Origin: an uncultured delta proteobacterium
GTDB lineage: Bacteria; Myxococcota_A; Polyangia; Polyangiales; Polyangiaceae
Assembly (NCBI GenBank): GCA_963841435.1
Contig: CAWJCS010000005.1
Coordinates: forward strand, 992,001 to 1,056,000
DNA length: 64,000 nucleotides
Direction: 5' to 3'
In this document: positions 36,534 through 46,302 of the stretch, one piece after another
Layout: every line of letters begins with the position of its first letter
Numbering within the stretch: position 1 is the first letter of the stretch
Program-made: the position numbers and the translations under genes
The notes under the pieces: generated by a model
Told to the model about the DNA's origin: nothing
Databases searched by the model: none
What the model saw: only the letters and a program-made list of their open reading frames with translations

Positions 36534-38542
36534 AGCGACTCGAGATACGCGACGAGGTCCGCGATCTCCGGGTCGCCGAGCTCGGCGACGCGCCCGTGCA
36601 GCTCGCCGCCGCCGCAGGCGGGATCGAAGCGATCGAAGAGCGTCTTCGCGCAGCCGTCGTGCATGAAGGGGGCGCGGTACGCGACGCCGAGCAGCGCGGG
36701 GACCTGGAGCGAGCGTCCCTTGCCGACGTCGGCATTGTGGTTGTTCGAGAGCACGGGGCCCGAGTGGCAGCTCGTGCACGCCGCCGACTCGAAGAGCGCC
36801 TGTCCGCGCACGACGGCCGGATCATCGGCCGAGCGCATGGGCCGCGGCGGCCGGAGCGCGAACAGCCAGTCGCGCAACGCCGCGAGGCGCGGGGGGCTCT
36901 GGTTGACGCCGCCCATGCGGCCCACGAACACCCGGCTCATGACGGAGTTGACGCTCGGGAGATCGCCTTCCCAATGGAACGGCGCGGTTTGCGCGAGACC
37001 GCTCTCGAGCGATTGCGTTCGCCGGGCGCCGGAGTCCGAAAAGGTCCAGACGTTGCCGTCTTCGGCCCCCTCGGGATGGCAGCTGGCGCAGGCGATGCCG
37101 CCGCCGGAATCGCTGTGGAAGAGCTGGAAGCCGGTGTCCAGCGTGGCGCCGTCGTCGAACGACACGGTGCGCTGACTCCCTTGGAAATAGTCGTCGATGA
37201 CGACGATGGTCGAAGGCTGCCGCGTCTGGAGCACGAGGCTCCGGGAGCCCGGGCCACGCGCCACGGCGACCGTGAAAGCTTGCTGCTGGAGCATGATCGA
37301 CCGGGGCGACTGGCAACCCGGATCGGGACGGACCTCACCCTCGATGGTGGGTGCGCCCCCGATCGGAAGGCTGACGATGCTCACGCCGGTCGGGGTGACG
37401 CCCGGCGCCGCCCCGGGGGTGGCGACCGGCGCGTCCCCCTCGGATGGATTGCCGACGAACATCACGAACGGGCGGGGCGCGGTCTCGTCCGTGAGCCCGG
37501 CGTGCGCGATGGCGACCGAGCCGTCGCCGAGCAGCGCGGCGTTGACGGGCAGCGGGGGGCCGTTGAACGTCACGTCGAGCGTCTTGCCGTCGAGACCGAG
37601 GACCGTCACGCCGTCTTGCGAGACGCCCGTGCAACCGAATTGGCCACCGCCGTAGCTGCTCCCTCCCATCGATGGGGGCACGACGTTGATGACCTCGTCG
37701 ATGGCACGCTGGTGCACCATGACAACGTCGCCGTTCGGCGCGGAGAGCGTCCGCCACGCCACGACCGGGTGAAACGACGCCGGCGCCTGTTGGCCCTCGC
37801 TGTTCAATTCGTTGGGATTGGTCGTGGGCAGGAGGTGCTGGCCCATGACGGCCGAGGGGTGATCGCGCCGTACGACGGCACCTTGCGCGTCGAGACGCAG
37901 AAGCTCGGCGGTCTTGAAGCGGCTGACGGCGAGGGTGCCGCCGCTCACCACGATGTCACGCAGGTCGGGCTCGAGCTGGAGCACGGCCGTCGCCGCGCCA
38001 CCTGCGGCCGGCAGGAAAACGACCTTGCCGTCGGCGCACGCCACCGCGAGGCTCCCGGGCGCGACGAGCGTGATGCCGCGCGGCGCAGCGCACACCGCGC
38101 GTCGATCCGTGACCCGGTGCTCGACCGGGTCGAGGGTGGCCACGACGCCCGCCGCGCGCAGCGCGACGTGAATACGCCCGGCATCGTCCTCGACGAGTCG
38201 CCCTGGCTCGTCGCCGTGCTCGAGCGGCACGACGGCGACGACGTGAGCGTTGACGCCGATGTTGACGAACACCACGCTGTCGCGCTCCGGATCGGAGGCC
38301 ACAGCAGTCGTGCCCTGGGCAGCGACGATCATCGTGCCACCCGTGATCGGCGGAGGCTTCACGGGCGCAGACAGCGCCGGACGAACGTCCGTCGGTATCA
38401 CGAGGCGGAATTGCGAGTTGGATTCGGGAATGTTCGAATCGAGGCTATTGCAGCCCACGCTCGATAGGAGCGCGGTGGCCGCCACCCAGGCGACTCCCAC
38501 CCCACCACTGGTCTTCTCTGCGCGAAAACGGATGCTATTCAT
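36530..38542 (-). CDS. Beta-propeller plus diheme cytochrome c peroxidase/MauG-like lipoprotein
   Basis: SVGC; propeller repeats; CASCH, RRTQSL, TAPFHWEG, CTSCH, VPALLGV..RAPFMHDG, DLVAYLESL. Confidence 0.85.
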   Translation of the reverse strand: MNSIRFRAEKTSGGVGVAWVAATALLSSVGCNSLDSNIPESNSQFRLVIPTDVRPALSAPVKPPPITGGTMIVAAQGTTAVASDPERDSVVFVNIGVNAHVVAVVPLEHGDEPGRLVEDDAGRIHVALRAAGVVATLDPVEHRVTDRRAVCAAPRGITLVAPGSLAVACADGKVVFLPAAGGAATAVLQLEPDLRDIVVSGGTLAVSRFKTAELLRLDAQGAVVRRDHPSAVMGQHLLPTTNPNELNSEGQQAPASFHPVVAWRTLSAPNGDVVMVHQRAIDEVINVVPPSMGGSSYGGGQFGCTGVSQDGVTVLGLDGKTLDVTFNGPPLPVNAALLGDGSVAIAHAGLTDETAPRPFVMFVGNPSEGDAPVATPGAAPGVTPTGVSIVSLPIGGAPTIEGEVRPDPGCQSPRSIMLQQQAFTVAVARGPGSRSLVLQTRQPSTIVVIDDYFQGSQRTVSFDDGATLDTGFQLFHSDSGGGIACASCHPEGAEDGNVWTFSDSGARRTQSLESGLAQTAPFHWEGDLPSVNSVMSRVFVGRMGGVNQSPPRLAALRDWLFALRPPRPMRSADDPAVVRGQALFESAACTSCHSGPVLSNNHNADVGKGRSLQVPALLGVAYRAPFMHDGCAKTLFDRFDPACGGGELHGRVAELGDPEIADLVAYLESL

Positions 38543-38661
38543 GGCGTAACCCACCTTCCACTCACCGAGTTTCATTCTACCCGACCCGCCGCGGCACTGC
38601 ACCCCTCGGGGACCCCTCGCTCGCGCCCCGGCCCCGGGGGAAAGGCGTTTTTGCTTGTAAG

Positions 38662-40263
38662 GTGCCGCTCCTCCACGGGAAAGTGAGGGCGGTGGTCACG
38701 CGCAGGGAAACGATTCGTCCGCGCTCGACCGCGGCGCGGGCAGCGCTCGGCGGCGTCCTCGCGCTCGCGGTCGTGTCGCCCGCCGCGGCACAACCGGCCG
38801 CGACTCACCCCTCCGGAGCAGCAACGCCGCCACCCCCCGCCTCCACCGCCACGACACCGGTCAAGCCGGCGGCACCCCCGGCGCGAGGCAGAGCTCCTTC
38901 GCCGGGGACCGCCGCGCCGGCACCATCGTTCGACGCCTGGCTGCCCGCACAACGCGACACGCTCGGTCGCGCGTGCAATCGCCGCACGCTCGTCGAAGGC
39001 ACGCGCATCGTCGTCGCCTGCGGCGCGGCGGGCGTGTGGATCGTCGAGCCGCAACCCGACGGCGGCTTCGCGCTGCTCGACACGCAGGACCTCGGTGGCG
39101 ACGTCATCGGGCTCTTCGAGCGAGACGGCATGGTCTGGGCGGAGATCGCGCGCCTCGAAGCACGCCCCGTGCGCATCGACGCCGTCAGCACGCGCGCTTT
39201 CCCCACGGAGCCCTCGACACCTCCGACCAGCGTAGAGCGCCCGGTTCCGAGCCGCCCCGTCGCCCCGCCGCCGCTCGCCGTTGTCCCGCGTCCGGTGCGC
39301 ACGCCCGAAGGCAAGGTGACCGAAGCCTCGCTCGGCGAGGTCGTGATCGACCTCGGCTCCAACCAGGGCCTCAAACACGGCGATCGCATCGAGCTGTCGG
39401 AGACGACGTCGGAGGACGTCGGGGGCGAGCTCGCGTCGCGGCGCAGCGTCACGGCCGTCGGCGTGGTGACGGCCGTCGCCCCGGGTTTCGCCCGCGTCCA
39501 GCTCGGCATGAACGAGCGAGCGCCGGTGGGGGCCACGGCGCGCTTCGTGACGCGCGACCGCACCCAGAGTCGCGTTTCGCCGCCGCGCCTGTCTTCGCTC
39601 TGGGAGGTCGCGTTCAGGGTGAGGCCGTTCGTGACACTCGACGGTCTGGGCGGCGGTGCGCTCACGCAGGCGAGCGTCGGGTATCGCTTCGACGCCCCCG
39701 TCCACGTCGCCGCGGAGGCGTACCCCTTCGGCTACGCCAACGGGAAGGGCACGCCCGCGGTCGTCCCGGTCGCGACGTTCGTGAGCGCGAGCTACGATCA
39801 CGAGGTGTTCGAGATCGGGCTCGGGCTCGGCCTCGAGACGGTGAACGACACGACCTTCCAGGTGGACGCCGGCACGGGCACGCTCATCGCGCAACGCCTG
39901 CGCCTGGGAGCGCGCGACGGGCTGAACCTCGACCTGCGAAATGACGTCGTGCTGTTCCATTCGAGCTTCGAGTTCTCGGGGTTGGTGGGCTCGGCGCTCA
40001 TCCCCGTGGGTTCGAGCTCGTGGCTCGCCTTCGAGGGCGGCGGCGGGACGGCCGGCTACGGTTACGGGGAGGTCGGCGTGCGCTCCCTGTTGCGCGGCAA
40101 CGGCGACCGCGGTTCCGTGTACTTCACGGTCAGCGTCGGCGGCGTCACGATGTTCGAAGATCGAACCAGGACCTGCGGCGGCCCCGGCTTCACGTTCGAG
40201 TGCGGCGATACCGTCACCTACGGCGGTCCGATGCTCGGCGCCGGCGGCGAGTGGCGGCTCTAG
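38662..40263 (+). CDS. Hypothetical secreted / outer-membrane protein
   Basis: Signal peptide, Pro-rich linkers, VVIDLGSNQGL domain, alternating beta strands ending GGEWRL; start uncertain. Confidence 0.6.
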   Translation: MPLLHGKVRAVVTRRETIRPRSTAARAALGGVLALAVVSPAAAQPAATHPSGAATPPPPASTATTPVKPAAPPARGRAPSPGTAAPAPSFDAWLPAQRDTLGRACNRRTLVEGTRIVVACGAAGVWIVEPQPDGGFALLDTQDLGGDVIGLFERDGMVWAEIARLEARPVRIDAVSTRAFPTEPSTPPTSVERPVPSRPVAPPPLAVVPRPVRTPEGKVTEASLGEVVIDLGSNQGLKHGDRIELSETTSEDVGGELASRRSVTAVGVVTAVAPGFARVQLGMNERAPVGATARFVTRDRTQSRVSPPRLSSLWEVAFRVRPFVTLDGLGGGALTQASVGYRFDAPVHVAAEAYPFGYANGKGTPAVVPVATFVSASYDHEVFEIGLGLGLETVNDTTFQVDAGTGTLIAQRLRLGARDGLNLDLRNDVVLFHSSFEFSGLVGSALIPVGSSSWLAFEGGGGTAGYGYGEVGVRSLLRGNGDRGSVYFTVSVGGVTMFEDRTRTCGGPGFTFECGDTVTYGGPMLGAGGEWRL

Positions 40264-40324
40264 CCTAGGTGGAACGGCGAGCCTCGAGCTCGTTTCGGCG
40301 AGAGACCGCGGTCGCCTCGATCCA

Positions 40325-40969
40325 TCAAACCGCGTTCCGCCGCAAGGATTCGGCATCCGCATGCGGTGCCGTCCCGGCACCGAGCATCCCGTCGAGCGCG
40401 GCCCGCACGCCGGGCCACTCTTCGCGCACGATCGAGAAGAAGACGCTGTCTCTGAGCGTGCCGTCGGCGCGCCGCATGTGAGAGCGTAGCGTTCCCTCCT
40501 CGGTGGCTCCGATGCGGGCGAGCGCCGCCCGCGACGTCAGGTTGAGCTCGTCGGTCTTGAACTCGACCCGCGCACAACCGAGGGTCTCGAAGCAGTGCGC
40601 GAGCATGAGGCGCTTGGCTTCCGTGTTGACGCGTGTTCGCTGCCAGCCGGGCACGATCCACGTGGCGCCGATTTCGACGCTCGGCACGGCTGCGTCGACC
40701 AAAAAGACGCTGCTGCTGCCGACGAGCTCGCCTCCGGCGCGCCGACGCGTCACGAAGGAGCAAGCCGCCCCGCGCGCAGCAAGGCCGAGCAGGCGTGAAA
40801 CGAGGCGCTCGACGTGCTCGGGGCGCTCGACGGGGTACGGGATGTGTCGCCAGATGTCGGGGTGGGCGAGCGCGACACGCGTGAGCTCCGCGAGCGGCGC
40901 GTCGCCGAGCGGCGAGAGCGTGAGGCTTTCGCCGAGGAGGGTCGTGGGAGTGAGCTCGAGCGGCTGCAT
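40325..40969 (-). CDS. GNAT N-acetyltransferase (RimJ/RimL-like)
   Basis: EIGATW..WQRTRVNTEAK..RVEFKTDELN..S...GATEEGTLRSH. Confidence 0.92.
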   Translation of the reverse strand: MQPLELTPTTLLGESLTLSPLGDAPLAELTRVALAHPDIWRHIPYPVERPEHVERLVSRLLGLAARGAACSFVTRRRAGGELVGSSSVFLVDAAVPSVEIGATWIVPGWQRTRVNTEAKRLMLAHCFETLGCARVEFKTDELNLTSRAALARIGATEEGTLRSHMRRADGTLRDSVFFSIVREEWPGVRAALDGMLGAGTAPHADAESLRRNAV

Positions 40970-40989
40970 GGGCCTTTCGTACCGTCTTT

Positions 40990-41032
40990 TGGTCCTGTAA
41001 AATGGTCCAGAACTCAATTTTTCATTGGACCA
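40990..41032. promoter_or_regulatory. Probable MocR-family operator: two direct TGGTCC repeats plus one inverted copy
   Basis: TGGTCC at 40990-40995, TGGTCCA at 41003-41009 and TGGACCA at 41026-41032, in an AT-rich divergent spacer. Confidence 0.7.
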
Positions 41033-41033
41033 G

Positions 41034-42512
41034 ATGCGGCGCTTCGTTCCCCCACCCGATCCGCGCACGACCCGGGGCGCCCGCACGCGTTGGCACGCCG
41101 TGGCGGGGGCGCTGCGCACGGCCGTGGCCAGCGGCGGCCTCGCGGCGGGCGAGTGGCTGCCGTCCGTGCGAAAGCTCGGAGCGACGTTCGGCGTTCACCG
41201 TCATACCGTCGAGGTCGCGATCGACGCGCTCGTCGCCGAGGGCCTGCTCGAGACCGAGCCGCGTCGTGGCGTGCGCGTCGTGGTTTCGCGAGAGCCCGCG
41301 CGCGGGCGCCTGCCGAGCAGCAAGGCGCCGCACCGGTTTCAGCTCGTGCGCGGTGCCGAAGCGTCCGCCGAGGACGTGCTTTCGGACCTGCCACCGAACG
41401 TCATTTGCCTGCACGCGGCGACGCCCGACGTATCCCTGCTGCCGGCGGCCGAGCTTCGCGCGGCGTACGCGCGTGCCTTACGGCGCCCGAGCGCGCTGTC
41501 GCTCGGCATCCCAGCGCTCAGAGGCCACCCCGAGCTCCGGGCCGAGATCGCGCGCTACCTCCGGCGTGCGCGAGGTCTCGTCGCGGACGACGTGCTGCTC
41601 ACGCATGGCTCGCAGGAGGCCATCGCGCTCGCCGCCGAGACGCTCGTCGCGCCCGGCGACCGCGTGCTCGTGGAAAATCCCGGCTATTTACCGGCATTCG
41701 AGGTGTTTCGCGATCGCGGCGCCGTGCTCGTGCCCCTCGCGCTCGACGCCCAGGGCGTGCGCGTCGACGAGCTCGCCCGCGCGCTCGAGGCTCGGTCGCC
41801 GCGGCTCGTTTACCTCACGCCGAACCACCAGTACCCGACGACGGCGACGCTCGCGACGCCGAGGCGCGCCGAGATCCTGAGCCTGACGCGTCGAGCGGGC
41901 GTTCCGATTCTCGAAGACGACTACGATCACGAGTACCACTACCGCGGCGAGCCGCAGGCGCCGCTCGCCGCGTGGCAAGGTGCGGCTCACGTGCTCTACG
42001 TCGGGACGCTGTCGAAGCTCGTCGCACCGGGGGTCCGCATCGGGTTCGCGGCGGGAGCCGAAGCCGTGCTCGGCGCGATGGCACGGCGCCGGCGCCTCGT
42101 CACGCGGGGCAACGACGGCGTCACGCAGGCGGCGATGGCCGATTGGATGTCGGACGGCGGGTTCGAGCGCCACGTGCGTCGGGCGCGCCGCGTCTACCTC
42201 GGCCGCCGCGACGCGGCGCTCGCCGCCCTCGAGCGCGCCGCGCGCCGCGTGCCGCTCGAGATCCACGCGCCGGACGGCGGGCTCGCCGTTTGGACGGTGT
42301 GGCCCGAGCATGACGTAGCGACGCTCGCGCGGCAGGCGCTCGCGGCGGGCGTCGTGACCCTGCCCGAATCGGCGCTCAGGGTGGAAGGCACGGGGCACGG
42401 CATCCGGCTCGCGTTCGGCGCCGTGTCGAGCGACGACTTCTCCCGTGGCCTGGACAGGCTCGTCGCCGCGGCGCTGCATGACCGGCGCCCGGCGCAACGC
42501 CAGAACCGTTGA
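41034..42512 (+). CDS. MocR/GabR family PLP-dependent transcriptional regulator
   Basis: GntR wHTH LPSVRKL...LVAEG; TPNHQYPT, EDDYD, GTLSK, RIG. Confidence 0.93.
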   Translation: MRRFVPPPDPRTTRGARTRWHAVAGALRTAVASGGLAAGEWLPSVRKLGATFGVHRHTVEVAIDALVAEGLLETEPRRGVRVVVSREPARGRLPSSKAPHRFQLVRGAEASAEDVLSDLPPNVICLHAATPDVSLLPAAELRAAYARALRRPSALSLGIPALRGHPELRAEIARYLRRARGLVADDVLLTHGSQEAIALAAETLVAPGDRVLVENPGYLPAFEVFRDRGAVLVPLALDAQGVRVDELARALEARSPRLVYLTPNHQYPTTATLATPRRAEILSLTRRAGVPILEDDYDHEYHYRGEPQAPLAAWQGAAHVLYVGTLSKLVAPGVRIGFAAGAEAVLGAMARRRRLVTRGNDGVTQAAMADWMSDGGFERHVRRARRVYLGRRDAALAALERAARRVPLEIHAPDGGLAVWTVWPEHDVATLARQALAAGVVTLPESALRVEGTGHGIRLAFGAVSSDDFSRGLDRLVAAALHDRRPAQRQNR

Positions 42513-42599
42513 TCGAGCGCGCGCGGTCGTTTGGCGGGCGGGTTCTGCGCCGCGTTCGGCGGCGCGCCCTCGCTCGGGCCTTCGTTATAGTGGGGCGCC

Positions 42600-44345
42600 A
42601 TGCTGTATCCCGAAGAGAACGCTTATCGAACGGCGCGCGAGCTGTCGGGCTTCTGGAGGGCGCGACTCGATCCGGACGACGTCGGCGTGCGGCGTGGCTT
42701 CGCCCGTGGGCTTCGCGGCGCCCGGCCGATCGCGGTGCCGGGCAGCTACAACGAGCAGCTCGAGGGGGCGCGCGATTACCTCGGTCCCATCTGGTACGAA
42801 ACGAGCTTCGTCGCGACGCCGCGCGAGGGCGAGCGCACCTTCTTGCGCTTCGACTCGGTGAACTACCTCGCCACGGTGTGGCTCGACGGCGTCGAGCTCG
42901 GCTCGCACGAAGGCGGGCACCTGCCCTTCGAGCTCGAGATCACGGGCCGCACCAGGCCCGGCAAGCGCCGTCTGGTCGTGCGCGTCAACGGCGCGCTCGC
43001 GCCGGATCGCGTGCCGCCCGGCAACGTCCCGCCCGATCCGAAGGACGCTTTCGGTGGGCTCGCCTACCCGCCCGCGTCGTTCGATTTCTTCCCCTACGCG
43101 GGCATCCAACGCGCCGTGCACCTTTACACGACGCCTCGAGAACGCATCGACGACGTGACCGTGAAGACGACGATTCGCGGCACGACGGGTGTCGCCGACG
43201 TGCTCGTCGAGGCCGCCGGGCGGGGCGAGGTCCGCGCCACGCTGCGTGGCCTCGGCACGACGGTGAGCGCCACGGCTCGGCTCGCGCGCGGCACGGCGCG
43301 CCTCTCACTCGAGGTGGCGCGCGCGAAGCTCTGGGCGCCGGGGAGCCCCAGCCTCTACGAGCTCTCGATCGAGCGCCGCGACGGCGACCGCACCGTGGAC
43401 GAGGTCGAGCTCTCCGTCGGCATCCGCACGATTGCCGTCGAGCGCGACCGCTTGCTGCTCAACGGCAAGCCCATCACGCTGCGCGGTTTCGGCCGCCACG
43501 AGGACTTCCCCGTCACGGGGCGAGCGCTGCCGCCCGCCGTCGTCGTGAAGGACTACGAAAACCTGCGCTGGATCGGCGCGAACTCCTTTCGCACGACGCA
43601 CTACCCGTACTCGGAGCCCCTGCTAAAGCTCGCCGACGAGCTCGGGTTCCTCGTGATCTCGGAGACGCCGGCCGTGGGGCTCCACTTCGCCGGGCCGGGG
43701 CTTTCGCGGCGCAAGAGCGTTTGCCGAAAGCTCACGCGCGAGCTCGTCCGGCGCGACAAGAACCACCCGAGCGTCGTGATGTGGAGCCTCGCCAACGAGC
43801 CCCATTCGCACCGCCCGGCGGCGGCGCCGTTCTTCCGCGCGCTCGCGGCCGAGGTCAGAAAGCTCGACCCCACGCGGCTCGTGACGCTCGTGAGCTATCT
43901 CGGCGAGAAGGAAGCCGCGTTCGACGCCATGGACGTCGTGTGCGTCAACCGGTACTTCGGCTGGTACAGCGAGCCCGGGCGCATCACCGACGGCGTCGCG
44001 AAGCTCGACGGCGAGCTCGATCGCATCCATCGCCGCTTTCGAAAGCCGCTCGTCGTGAGCGAGTTCGGCGCGGACGCCCTTCCCGGCTGCCACGCGGATC
44101 CTCCCGAGATGTTCAGCGAGGAGTACCAGGCGGAGCTCATCGAGCGCTATCTAGAGCTTTTCGCCAAGAAGCCGTACGTCGTGGGCGCGCACGTCTGGAA
44201 CCTCTGCGACTTCAAGACGGCGCAGGGCGTGATGCGGCCCGGCGGGCTCAATCACAAGGGCGTGTTCACGCGCGACCGGCGCCCGAAGCTCGCGGCGCAT
44301 CGCCTGCGGGCGCTGTGGCGTTCCGGGCGGCGAGCTGGGCCTTGA
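42600..44345 (+). CDS. uidA: Beta-glucuronidase (GH2)
   Basis: DFFPYAGIQR, GFGRHED, ANSFRTTHYPY, WSLANEP (acid/base), SEFGAD (nucleophile) and the NHKG NxK motif. Confidence 0.9.
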   Translation: MLYPEENAYRTARELSGFWRARLDPDDVGVRRGFARGLRGARPIAVPGSYNEQLEGARDYLGPIWYETSFVATPREGERTFLRFDSVNYLATVWLDGVELGSHEGGHLPFELEITGRTRPGKRRLVVRVNGALAPDRVPPGNVPPDPKDAFGGLAYPPASFDFFPYAGIQRAVHLYTTPRERIDDVTVKTTIRGTTGVADVLVEAAGRGEVRATLRGLGTTVSATARLARGTARLSLEVARAKLWAPGSPSLYELSIERRDGDRTVDEVELSVGIRTIAVERDRLLLNGKPITLRGFGRHEDFPVTGRALPPAVVVKDYENLRWIGANSFRTTHYPYSEPLLKLADELGFLVISETPAVGLHFAGPGLSRRKSVCRKLTRELVRRDKNHPSVVMWSLANEPHSHRPAAAPFFRALAAEVRKLDPTRLVTLVSYLGEKEAAFDAMDVVCVNRYFGWYSEPGRITDGVAKLDGELDRIHRRFRKPLVVSEFGADALPGCHADPPEMFSEEYQAELIERYLELFAKKPYVVGAHVWNLCDFKTAQGVMRPGGLNHKGVFTRDRRPKLAAHRLRALWRSGRRAGP

Positions 44346-45509
44346 GCCCCTTGGCCGCGAGCGCGTAGCCCCCGTCGGAGCCGTCCACGAAATGGACGTG
44401 GTCCCCCGCGAACGAGCGAATGAAACAGGTGATGAGCGCGGACGGCGCGCGGTGGATGCCGTAGACGAGCTCGCCCGCGGCGTGCGCCCGGAAAAGCTCG
44501 CTCTCGATGACCGACTGCTGTTCTTCGGACAGGTCGAGCACCATGCGCAGCGCCTCGTCGAACTTGCGAAAGTCGGAGTTCTCGATGAGCTCTCGCGGAT
44601 AGCTGCGGCCGTCGAACCCGCCGGCGGAGCGCCCGAGCGCGATCAGCGTGCGGCCGATCAGCGCCTTCTTGCGCGCGAAGGCTCGGGCGGCGCGGAAGGC
44701 GGGCCCGCTCGCCTCGCCGGAGCGTATACGGGCCTCGATCCCGTAGCCGCCGAACAGCGTCCCGAGCCGCAAGCCTCCGAGGGACACGGGGTGGCCCGCC
44801 TCCTCGCCGAGCGCGCCCTCCAGTGTCTCGATCGTCCGGCGGTAGGTGCGAGCGCGCGCCGTCTCGTCCTCGTCGAGCGCGAGCACGATCAAGCTCACCA
44901 CCCGGCCGCGCCGGCTCGGGACCGGCTGCCAGCGGCACTCGAAACCCTCGAAGCTCGCCGCCTCGGGGCCGTCCTGCGACACGGCGTAGCTCGGACCGCG
45001 CTCCGGATCTTCACCCAACGTTCCGCCTCCGCCACGCCCTTTCCCCTCAGCATCGCGAGGTGCACGTTCTGGCTCACGCGAAAACGCGCGACCTCGAGCC
45101 GATGGCCCGCCGCGCGTAGCTCACGCACGGGAACGACGCCGACGCGCAGCTCGAGCTCGAACGTCTCGCGCGCCAGCCTTCGCACGCCGCGCAGAGCGGC
45201 CTCGCAAACCGCACGGCGCGACTCCGGCACGAGCAGCGTGGCGCCGTCGCCGCCGAACACGTAGGGAAGCTCGAGGTCCGGCGTCGCATTCCTGACGGCC
45301 ACGATGGAGGCGACGCCGACGGCGTTGACGCAGCGGTAGCGGCCGGCCTCGATGGCGCGCGTCGAGCCCCGCACGTCCGTGAGGACGACGTGGAAATCCT
45401 CGGGGACTTCGGCGTAGAACGCCGCTTCGGTCACGTCGGCGAAGCGCTCGATCGCGGGCAGCATCCGCAAGAAATCATCGCTCGGCGTCGCGCCCTCGGT
45501 CTCGGACAC
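44266..45509 (-). pseudogene. DUF3095 family protein split by a 1-nt frameshift at about 45009 (or sequence error)
   Basis: N-half TDVRGSTRAIEAGRY..FGGDGA; C-half GFECRWQP, NSDFRKFD, HVHFVDGSDGGYALAA; one extra G restores WVKDPERG. Confidence 0.85.
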
Positions 45510-45590
45510 CCGCCGAGCATAGCTCCACCAGGGATGGGTCGTGGCGACCCCGGTCCCTCGCCGGTTTTCGACGTGGCTCGGGGAGGATCG

Positions 45591-46280
45591 CTAGCGCGTG
45601 AAGGCGAACACCGCCGCGGCCACCGTGAAGAGCGCGATCAGAAGGACGATGAAGCCGCCGCCGGACTGCTGCTTCTTCTGCTTCTTCTTGGTCGATTTGG
45701 CGGTGGGAGCGGCCGCTGGGCGCCGGGGCTTGTCGGCCGGGTGAGCCGGCGCGTCCGAGTCGGCGCCACGGCGCGCTTTCGCCGCGCGCTCGGCGCGTCG
45801 CCGCTCGCGCTCCTCGCGCTTCTTTTGCTCGAGCGCTTCGCGGCGCTCGCGGGCCCGTTCCTCGGCGAGCTTCTGCGCTTGCTCGCGGCGTCCGACGCGC
45901 CGCTCCTCGCGCTGCTCGGCCTCACGCTGCTTGGCGTGCACGCGCTGCTTGCGCTCGAGCGCGCGGCGCTGCTTCTTGCCGAGCGCCACGAAGGCTCGCC
46001 GCGGAGCGCCGGCGCTCGCCTGACCCCCCGCGCGCTTCGCGGTGTCGCGCGCTTCGCCTGCGCCTCGCGCAGCGGCCGTGACGGGCACCGCCGCATCGGC
46101 GCCGCTCGGGGGCTCGAGGTCGTCCCAGCCTCCGTCGAGCTCGTCCTCGGCTTCCAGCGAGGCGGCAGCGATGCCGGGTGGCAACGATACCCCCGCTTCG
46201 GGCTCGAGGTCGTCCCAGCCCGCGTCGAGCTCGTCGTCCTCACTCACCTCGACCTCCGCGTCCGGGGCAGCTTGCTTCAT
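45591..46280 (-). CDS. Low-complexity tail-anchored hypothetical protein
   Basis: Two ELDxGWDDLEP repeats, charged coiled coil, Lys-rich patch and C-terminal TM. Confidence 0.65.
   Translation of the reverse strand: MKQAAPDAEVEVSEDDELDAGWDDLEPEAGVSLPPGIAAASLEAEDELDGGWDDLEPPSGADAAVPVTAAARGAGEARDTAKRAGGQASAGAPRRAFVALGKKQRRALERKQRVHAKQREAEQREERRVGRREQAQKLAEERARERREALEQKKREERERRRAERAAKARRGADSDAPAHPADKPRRPAAAPTAKSTKKKQKKQQSGGGFIVLLIALFTVAAAVFAFTR
46111..46241. repeat. Intragenic direct repeat of about 38 bp, two copies
   Basis: GGCTCGAGGTCGTCCCAGCC..CGTCGAGCTCGTC starting at 46111 and 46201. Confidence 0.8.
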
Positions 46281-46302
46281 GAAGGGTCGCCGGGAAGATA
46301 GC

